Below, one piece after another: positions 1 through 4,035 of a DNA stretch of 5,671 nt. Each line of letters begins with the position of its first letter. The stretch's first letter is position 1. Source of the DNA: a virus (Duplodnaviria > Heunggongvirae > Uroviricota > Caudoviricetes); IMG/VR virus record IMGVR_UViG_2663763286_000017; one strand, 5' to 3'. A model generated the notes under the pieces. That model was not told where the DNA came from and searched no databases. It saw nothing but the letters and a program-made list of their open reading frames with translations. A program made the translations under genes and the position numbers.

Positions 1-272
1 ACTATGCAGATGATGGCTGGGCTGAGGCGGACAATAACATCGCTGAAAATGCGTTGCGGATGGTCAGTCTGGGCCGCAAAAACTACCTGTTCTTCGGTTC
101 GGATCATGGAGGAGAGCGGGGAGCGCTGCTGTACAGCCTGATCGGGACGTGCAAACTGAACGGAGTGGAGCCAGAAAGCTACCTCCGCTATGTCCTTGAC
201 GTCATAGCCGACTGGCCGATAAACCGGGTCGGCGAACTGCTCCCCTGGCGCGTAGCACTGCCGACTGAATAA
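1..272 (+). CDS. IS66-family transposase (TnpC-type), C-terminal fragment; 5' end outside window
   Basis: Frame beginning at nt 3 is open from the window edge to TGA 270-272. Translation ...YADDGWAEADNNIAENALRMVSLGRKNYLFFGSDHGGERGALLYSLIGTCKLNGVEPESYLRYVLDVIADWPINRVGELLPWRVALPTE matches the conserved C-terminus of IS66-family transposases (GRKNxLF..GGERxAxxYSLIxTCKLNxVxPxxYLxxVL...NRxxELLPW), from memory. Track ORF 54..272 is the same frame starting at an internal TTG. Confidence 0.85.
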   Translation, partial: YADDGWAEADNNIAENALRMVSLGRKNYLFFGSDHGGERGALLYSLIGTCKLNGVEPESYLRYVLDVIADWPINRVGELLPWRVALPTE

Positions 273-310
273 CACATCCCCGTCAATACGGTTCTTGCTG
301 CACGCTTACG
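1..310 (+). mobile_element. Right end of an IS66-family insertion sequence (body extends left of window)
   Basis: Transposase gene ends at 272; CGCTTAC at 304-310 is the reverse complement of GTAAGCG, the terminal motif I recall for IS66-family inverted repeats. Exact terminus (309 vs 310) is uncertain. Confidence 0.55.
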
Positions 311-385
311 CTTTTTAGAGGCCAACAACTGGTTGAACATATTCCCCGTCTTACCGCCGCCAATATACGACCAGCGCCCCCACAT
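311..385 (-). pseudogene. Possible 5' stub (25 codons) of a Q-like antiterminator gene truncated by the IS66-family insertion
   Basis: Minus-strand ATG at 385-383 is preceded by AGGGA 9 nt upstream and encodes MWGRWSYIGGGKTGNMFNQLLASKK up to the IS boundary. The WGxW N-terminal motif resembles the N-terminus of Q933W-type antiterminators (..LERWGAWA..), from memory, and the position after the ybcO-like gene matches the nin-Q order of lambdoid phages. The match is weak. Confidence 0.25.
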
Positions 386-468
386 GCGCAGTTTTCCCTG
401 AATCCAGACACTTTCCAGCGTGGTGAGACGAAGGTGCTCTCCGCTTTTTCCTGTGTTCGTTGGGTAAA

Positions 469-759
469 TCATAAATAACCGTCCTTTCTCCAGATCTCTT
501 GTGTGCGAAAAACACCTTCTGCATGCATCAGGCGCAATTCTTCTTTGGTGTAATCGCTGGTTTTTACTCTCCCGTCGATTAAATCGTGGCATGAGTTACA
601 GGCAATCGCCGCCTGCATATCGTGTGGTTTTGTCGCTGTTCCGCACGTCCCCGCCAGCCTGTAATGCGCCAGCACAGAAGTTTCGGGATTGTGATTGCAG
701 TAGCCAGGAATTCTGACTGTGCACATCTGCCCCCGCGCCGCTTTACGTAAATCCACCAT
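469..759 (-). CDS. YbcO-like (DUF1364) prophage protein, 96 aa, Cys-rich putative metal-binding/nuclease-family protein
   Basis: ATG at 759-757, TGA at 471-469. Protein MVDLRKAARGQMCTVRIPGYCNHNPETSVLAHYRLAGTCGTATKPHDMQAAIACNSCHDLIDGRVKTSDYTKEELRLMHAEGVFRTQEIWRKDGYL has five Cys and resembles E. coli DLP12 YbcO (96 aa) as I recall it. Its start overlaps the upstream gene's stop by 1 nt (TAATG). Confidence 0.75.
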   Translation of the reverse strand: MVDLRKAARGQMCTVRIPGYCNHNPETSVLAHYRLAGTCGTATKPHDMQAAIACNSCHDLIDGRVKTSDYTKEELRLMHAEGVFRTQEIWRKDGYL

Positions 760-1358
760 TACGCAAACTCCAGTAACTGCGCGGCCACATTTTCGACTTC
801 CTCCGGAGAGGAAAATTTACGGAACAGGATCCAGTTCCACAGCACATTCAGTACAGATTTATAAACCTGCTGAAACTCGGTTTCGTCCATGTTCGCAAAT
901 GCGATAGATTTTGCCCTGCGCCCACGACTACCGTCCGGATAAAAATGTTCGGTGTAAAATCCGGCCTGAATGGTTACCCATTCGCGAAAAGCGTCAAAGG
1001 ACTTGAGTAAGGCCGTATCCCGGGTTCTGCAAGTCGTAACGGTGTTAAGGTATTGCTCTGCGGCATCACTCAGGGCTGGCGTATGTTCCCGACCTACTGA
1101 TTCGCACAGGAAATCAACGAAACCGGACACCAGTTCTCGTTCGCGAGGCGTGATCGCCCCACCGTTCGGAGTCCAGTAATCGAATCCCAGTTGCAGGAGT
1201 TTGAAAAAACGCTTGTGGAACGCGTAGTTACGCACTCGCTTAAAGTCCGCGTGTATCCACTCACCTATTTTGATTTGATGCAAAAAATCGCAACTCTCCG
1301 GCGTCGCCGGGAGAAGTAATCCGGAAGAGGTTTGTTTGACCAGTTGTATATGCGCCAT
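759..1358 (-). CDS. DUF1367-family lambdoid prophage protein (nin region), ~199 aa
   Basis: Track ORF 759..1370 begins at TTG 1370; the in-frame ATG at 1358-1356 has GGAGA 5 nt upstream and is the more likely start (MAHIQLVKQTSSG...). Stop TAA 761-759. Family call (..KIGEWIHADFKRVRNYAFHKRFFKLLQLGFDYW..) is from memory; about 57% GC in a 100-nt sample. Confidence 0.65.
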   Translation of the reverse strand: MAHIQLVKQTSSGLLLPATPESCDFLHQIKIGEWIHADFKRVRNYAFHKRFFKLLQLGFDYWTPNGGAITPRERELVSGFVDFLCESVGREHTPALSDAAEQYLNTVTTCRTRDTALLKSFDAFREWVTIQAGFYTEHFYPDGSRGRRAKSIAFANMDETEFQQVYKSVLNVLWNWILFRKFSSPEEVENVAAQLLEFA

Positions 1359-1417
1359 TGCTGTCTCCAATGGCGCTGTAGGTTGCCAGTTGTTCAGGCT
1401 GGCTTACGAATTATAAC

Positions 1418-1591
1418 TCATTCCCGAATCACCTTGAAACCGAGCCTTTCAAGATATTCAATGAATGCCTCGATAGATAAAATTACATGATTATCAGGGA
1501 TTAACGTTGCGTAGATAACTTCCCCATTCTCAACGCGCACAGCATAGAGGCCATTTTCACTAAAAATTTCACGCAATTCTTCGATTTTCAT
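1418..1591 (-). CDS. Small hypothetical protein, 57 aa, acidic, soluble-looking
   Basis: Not in the supplied track (below its size cutoff). ATG at 1591-1589 with GGAAGGA 8-9 nt upstream; translation MKIEELREIFSENGLYAVRVENGEVIYATLIPDNHVILSIEAFIEYLERLGFKVIRE; stop TGA 1420-1418. About 40% GC in a 100-nt sample versus ~57% in the next gene. Confidence 0.5.
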   Translation of the reverse strand: MKIEELREIFSENGLYAVRVENGEVIYATLIPDNHVILSIEAFIEYLERLGFKVIRE

Positions 1592-1672
1592 CAACAGAAT
1601 CCTTCCAGATAAATAGCACTCCCCTGCTCGGGGTCCATCCCTCTTCTCCCTGCGCGCTACTTAAGTGCATCG

Positions 1673-1700
1673 ATTCTAGTCAGGCATACCCGCTTATCAA
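1673..1700 (-). promoter_or_regulatory. Putative sigma70 promoter for the 57-aa ORF / nin-like genes
   Basis: Minus strand reads TTGATA (revcomp of 1695-1700), a 16-nt spacer, then TAGAAT (revcomp of 1673-1678); predicted transcription start near 1665. Sequence match only. Confidence 0.35.
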
Positions 1701-1750
1701 CAAACGAAGGTCGGTTTAGTGGAGGAATCGGCTAAAACTTGATCTGTTAA

Positions 1751-1780
1751 AGTAAAAAACCCGCCGAAGCGGGTTTTTTG
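1751..1780 (-). terminator. Rho-independent terminator ending the three-gene operon (symmetric, potentially bidirectional)
   Basis: AAAAAACCCGC-CGAA-GCGGGTTTTTT: a GC stem (1760-1764 / 1769-1773) flanked by an A-run and a T-run. On the minus-strand transcript the hairpin is followed by UUUUUU, a few nt after the TAA of gene C (1787-1785). Confidence 0.8.
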
Positions 1781-1784
1781 TATA

Positions 1785-2177
1785 TTACATACTCTCAATG
1801 TCATTTTTTAGTGAGTGCTTGTGTAACTCCATGGAGTAATCAACATCACGAAGAGTTTTTTCAATCTGCTTGCTTCTCAGGGTGGCAAGCGCATTATCAA
1901 TTGACACTTTTTCTTCATCTGAAGCATCAGCTCTCATTTTCGTAAGAGTCTTACGAGCCCTTGCCACATCCACCTTGAAACGTACGTCCTCTATGCTAGG
2001 TACGTTAACAAACGTAAGAAGTAGCAAAAAGAAGTGAGCAATAACAACAGCAACCCCAGGGAGAAATGCGTTGATATCAGCAGGTAACCCAATATATGCG
2101 CTAGCCTTGACCAATAGGTAATTTGCCACCGGTGTGCACCACGCTTGGCTTGCAACATACTTAGATTGTTGAATCAT
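1785..2177 (-). CDS. Gene C of unknown operon: 130-aa predicted membrane protein (two hydrophobic helices plus charged coiled-coil-like tail)
   Basis: ATG 2177-2175 overlaps the TGA of gene B (ATGA); GAGG lies 6 nt upstream. Hydrophobic segments VANYLLVKASAYIGLP and FLPGVAVVIAHFFLLLLTFVNV, then a K/R/D/E-rich tail. Stop TAA 1787-1785. No family recognised. Confidence 0.7.
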   Translation of the reverse strand: MIQQSKYVASQAWCTPVANYLLVKASAYIGLPADINAFLPGVAVVIAHFFLLLLTFVNVPSIEDVRFKVDVARARKTLTKMRADASDEEKVSIDNALATLRSKQIEKTLRDVDYSMELHKHSLKNDIESM

Positions 2178-2413
2178 GAAGTGCCTCGCGTTAAATCACG
2201 CTGAACCTCACTCAACGTGGACGCGAGCTCACGTGCATCCTTTGCATCCAACTGAACTTCGCAATAATGCCTAACTCCACATCGATCTATATAAGTAAAT
2301 TTGAGTGTCTTACTTGGTTTAAGCCAAACCAAAAAATGATATACAGCAAAACGAGCCAACATAAAGGCGGCAACAAAAACCGTAATCATCAACATGACAC
2401 TTAAATAAGGCAT
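2174..2413 (-). CDS. Gene B of unknown operon: 79-aa small membrane protein (N-terminal TM, polar C-terminal tail with two Cys)
   Basis: ATG 2413-2411 lies 8 nt after the TAG of gene A; hydrophobic N-terminus LSVMLMITVFVAAFMLARFAVYHFLVWL; stop TGA 2176-2174 overlaps the start of gene C. No family recognised. Confidence 0.65.
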   Translation of the reverse strand: MPYLSVMLMITVFVAAFMLARFAVYHFLVWLKPSKTLKFTYIDRCGVRHYCEVQLDAKDARELASTLSEVQRDLTRGTS

Positions 2414-2421
2414 ATTATTAC

Positions 2422-3309
2422 CTATACGATTCGACGTTCAGCTGCGGCGCGATGCCGTACAACCTGCGTGATAATGTATGCTGGATTCCCCAATACACCA
2501 TTAGTTTCTTTGACTCTTTTTGTCACATTCACTACAAAAAGATCATCTTTACTGAATGACGCTTCGTTTAAATTTACTCGCTCAAGAAAACCAGCATCCG
2601 CCATCTTAACCTTTACATCCTCGCCGTCTGGCAATACCATCCTCCAATCTGTATCGGAAGTAAAGCTCAGCTTAGAAAACTTGACGTTTAAGGTCAATGA
2701 GTCTTCATGTGTATGTTGTACAACCGTATTATTCACTTTTTTAAAAGAAACAGATTGCTCTTGCGAAATAGAGACAATCTCCTCCCCACTTGAGTTTTTT
2801 ACTCTAAACGACGAGTTTTTTTCAGTTTGCAGAGGAGTGTGTACCAATTTACTCATTTCATTGCGGATCGTAGAGTTTGTAACGAGCTTTTGTACGTCAT
2901 TTGAACACTCAAATCGCTCATTATCAACAACAAAAGTCGCTCGGTTATTGGCTTCATCTATAACAACCTCATGTGGCTTTCGCCCTCGCAACCATTCTAC
3001 AACCCCAACCAAACTCCCAGCACTTGCGCCGGTGGCAACAGAAAGCCCCAAGAGTTGCAAAGTAGATAAACTACCCAAAACAGAGACAAGAACAGTAAAA
3101 GATCCTTCCTGAATTGCCTTAATACTAACCCTAGTTGTTGCAGTCTCACCGTGGATAATTTTCTCTGCATTATCAATCAAATTACTTAATGAAGACAGAG
3201 CATCACCAAGCATTTTAGCATCGATCTCATTATTCGCATATGCATCCCCAGCATATGCAATCTCAAGCTCTGTTACCTGTTGGTCGGTCATGAAGTTCAA
3301 CTCCACCAT
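2422..3309 (-). CDS. Gene A of unknown operon: 289-295 aa protein with a central small-residue-rich hydrophobic segment; function unknown
   Basis: Long minus-strand ORF. The first ATG (3309) has no Shine-Dalgarno; the second in-frame ATG (3291-3289) has GGTGGAG 9 nt upstream and is the likelier start (MTDQQVTELEIAYAG...). Stop TAG 2424-2422. Sampled GC is ~35% (2701-2800). No Walker A, HExxH or other catalytic motif seen by eye. Confidence 0.75.
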   Translation of the reverse strand: MVELNFMTDQQVTELEIAYAGDAYANNEIDAKMLGDALSSLSNLIDNAEKIIHGETATTRVSIKAIQEGSFTVLVSVLGSLSTLQLLGLSVATGASAGSLVGVVEWLRGRKPHEVVIDEANNRATFVVDNERFECSNDVQKLVTNSTIRNEMSKLVHTPLQTEKNSSFRVKNSSGEEIVSISQEQSVSFKKVNNTVVQHTHEDSLTLNVKFSKLSFTSDTDWRMVLPDGEDVKVKMADAGFLERVNLNEASFSKDDLFVVNVTKRVKETNGVLGNPAYIITQVVRHRAAAERRIV

Positions 3310-3384
3310 AAAAAATATGCAAAATAATTAACAGTATTTTCACTTTATGGCGGGTGCGTTGAGGATGCCTGACACATCAGAGGT

Positions 3385-3403
3385 GGCGGGGGTTTACCCC
3401 GCC
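3385..3403 (-). other. GC-rich stem-loop in the hok 3' UTR (7-bp stem GGCGGGG/CCCCGCC, 5-nt loop)
   Basis: Perfect inverted repeat 3385-3391 / 3397-3403, starting 8 nt downstream of the hok stop. No U-tract follows on either strand, so it is not a canonical intrinsic terminator. Its position parallels the 3' hairpin of plasmid R1 hok mRNA, from memory. Confidence 0.5.
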
Positions 3404-3410
3404 TGGTCTC

Positions 3411-3566
3411 TTACTCCTCAGGTTCGTAAGCTGTGAAGACAGCGACCTCCGTCTGGCCGGTTCGGATTCGTACCTCGCAGAGGTCTTTCCTCGTTACCAG
3501 TGCCGTCACTATGACGGTTAAACAGATGACGATCAGGGCGATTAACATCGCCTTTTGCTGCTTCAT
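3411..3566 (-). CDS. hok: Hok/Gef-family type I toxin (51 aa; closest to HokD/RelF in my memory), with an in-frame mok-like upstream extension to 3623
   Basis: ATG 3566-3564 preceded by AAGGAGAAG; protein MKQQKAMLIALIVICLTVIVTALVTRKDLCEVRIRTGQTEVAVFTAYEPEE has the Hok architecture (TM helix, then RKDLCE..R...EVA.F.AYE). Stop TAA 3413-3411. Track ORF 3411..3623 (70 aa) is the same frame from an upstream ATG, i.e. a mok-like leader ORF that here is in frame with hok. Confidence 0.88.
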   Translation of the reverse strand: MKQQKAMLIALIVICLTVIVTALVTRKDLCEVRIRTGQTEVAVFTAYEPEE

Positions 3567-3579
3567 AGCCTGCTTCTCC

Positions 3580-3608
3580 TTGCCTTTCGGCGCGTAAGAG
3601 GCTAACCT
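3580..3608 (+). promoter_or_regulatory. Putative sok-type antisense promoter (TTGCCT-17-TAACCT)
   Basis: Plus-strand TTGCCT (3580-3585), 17-nt spacer, TAACCT (3603-3608). Position and sequence parallel the R1 sok promoter as I recall it (TTGCGC-17-TATCCT), inside the start of the mok-like ORF on the opposite strand. Confidence 0.4.
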
Positions 3609-3614
3609 ACATGT

Positions 3615-3690
3615 GCAAGTCATAGATATGGCCTCAGATTAATGTTAAGCGTCTTGCCGGACGCGTAATGTTAACTGGGGCTTTTCTCTA
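3615..3690 (+). ncRNA. sok: Putative Sok-like antisense RNA (type I antitoxin), roughly 65-75 nt
   Basis: Plus-strand transcript from about 3615 would be complementary to the mok-like start and Shine-Dalgarno region of the hok mRNA. It contains a long imperfect hairpin (3641-3653 / 3660-3672, one A-G mismatch, loop TTGCCG) followed by GGGGCTTTTCTCT (3677-3689). Ends are estimated, not measured. Confidence 0.4.
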
Positions 3691-3737
3691 TCTGCCGTTG
3701 GTGTTCATGCCCGAGGCAGATAGCCTCAAGCACCCGC
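3688..3737 (-). promoter_or_regulatory. hok mRNA 5' leader elements: tac-like stem-loop and 5' fbi element pairing with the mRNA 3' end (3350-3364)
   Basis: Minus-strand RNA 5' end reads GCGGGUGCUUGAGGCUAUCUGCCUCGGGCAUGAACACCAACGGCAGAUAG, with a 9-bp hairpin CUAUCUGCC...GGCAGAUAG (3688-3696 / 3716-3724). The 5'-most 14 nt (3724-3737) are complementary to 3350-3364 (GCGGGUGC/UUGAGG against CCUCAA-C-GCACCCGC, one bulged nt), as in the fold-back-inhibition pairing of R1 hok mRNA. Confidence 0.55.
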
Positions 3738-3741
3738 AGCA

Positions 3742-3769
3742 ATTCTACTTAACTCTCGCTTTACCGCAA
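3742..3769 (-). promoter_or_regulatory. Putative hok promoter (TTGCGG-16-TAGAAT)
   Basis: Minus strand: TTGCGG (revcomp of 3764-3769), 16-nt spacer, TAGAAT (revcomp of 3742-3747). It places the transcription start at about 3735-3737, right at the 5' fbi element. Confidence 0.45.
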
Positions 3770-3781
3770 ACCGTTTTTACC

Positions 3782-3803
3782 CGATATGGGAATTCCCATA
3801 TCG
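3782..3803. repeat. Perfect 22-bp palindrome CGATATGGGAATTCCCATATCG, about 13 bp upstream of the hok -35
   Basis: Read directly: 3782-3792 is the exact reverse complement of 3793-3803, centred on GAATTC. No U-tract follows on either strand, so an operator for a dimeric DNA-binding protein is the more likely reading. Confidence 0.5.
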
Positions 3804-3811
3804 TAATGAAT

Positions 3812-3916
3812 TCAGTTCCCTAGTCGATCCATCAAAAACACAACCAGGCAGTAAACGCCCACAACAGCAATAACAGCCAGCGCACCTTCCATTGCCAGTG
3901 AAATATCATCCGACAT
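3812..3916 (-). CDS. Tiny hydrophobic ORF, 34 aa (single predicted TM helix)
   Basis: Not in the track. ATG 3916-3914 with AAAGGAGGG 4-5 nt upstream; translation MSDDISLAMEGALAVIAVVGVYCLVVFLMDRLGN; stop TGA 3814-3812. Confidence 0.4.
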   Translation of the reverse strand: MSDDISLAMEGALAVIAVVGVYCLVVFLMDRLGN

Positions 3917-3951
3917 ATTCCCTCCTTTGGTGTTAATCCCGGCGAACGTTT

Positions 3952-4035
3952 TTACCCCCACCGACAAATAACATATACTAAAAAAGCGATAGCCATAGCA
4001 ACGCCTGTAATTGCAAATGCTTCAGGCCAGTTCAT
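3952..4035 (-). CDS. Tiny hydrophobic ORF, 27 aa (single predicted TM helix), translationally coupled to the DUF551 gene
   Basis: Not in the track. ATG 4035-4033 overlaps the TGA (4034-4032) of the upstream gene as ATGA; consensus AGGAGGT lies 6 nt upstream; translation MNWPEAFAITGVAMAIAFLVYVICRWG; stop TAA 3954-3952. Confidence 0.45.
   Translation of the reverse strand: MNWPEAFAITGVAMAIAFLVYVICRWG

Noticed and set aside
188-592. Track ORF of 134 aa on the minus strand
   Set aside because: Chimeric reading frame: it runs from inside the ybcO-like gene (different frame) across the intergenic region and into the IS66-family terminal sequence. Only its MWGRW... portion (385-311) is retained, as a possible truncated Q-like stub.
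501-1179. Plus-strand track ORFs 501..716, 719..907 and 970..1179
   Set aside because: They lie antisense to the well-supported ybcO-like and DUF1367-like genes, have no ribosome-binding sites and low-complexity translations; most likely non-coding shadow ORFs.
2468-3112. Plus-strand 214-aa track ORF antisense to gene A
   Set aside because: S/T/F-rich low-complexity translation typical of the antisense frame of an AT-rich gene; no Shine-Dalgarno; the minus-strand gene A with its coupled downstream genes is the coherent reading.
1785-3309. Identity of genes A, B and C with lambda RexA/RexB, SieB or a holin/lysis cassette
   Set aside because: Sizes are superficially similar, but I can find no sequence resemblance to those proteins from memory, and a lysis cassette would be expected downstream of Q rather than here. 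Left as unknown pending a real search.
3385-3403. GC-rich hairpin as a Rho-independent terminator separating hok from the unknown operon
   Set aside because: No U-tract follows the stem on either strand, so it is annotated only as a hok 3' UTR stem-loop; termination here is unproven.
3411-3623. The 70-aa track ORF as a single mature protein
   Set aside because: Residues 20-70 are a Hok-family toxin with its own ribosome-binding site at ATG 3566; the upstream 19 codons are better read as a mok-like leader ORF that happens to be in frame.
3641-3674. Direct repeat AATGTTAA (3641-3648 and 3667-3674) as a possible iteron or repeat element
   Set aside because: The two copies are the arms of the imperfect hairpin of the predicted Sok-like RNA region; better explained as RNA secondary structure than as a DNA repeat.
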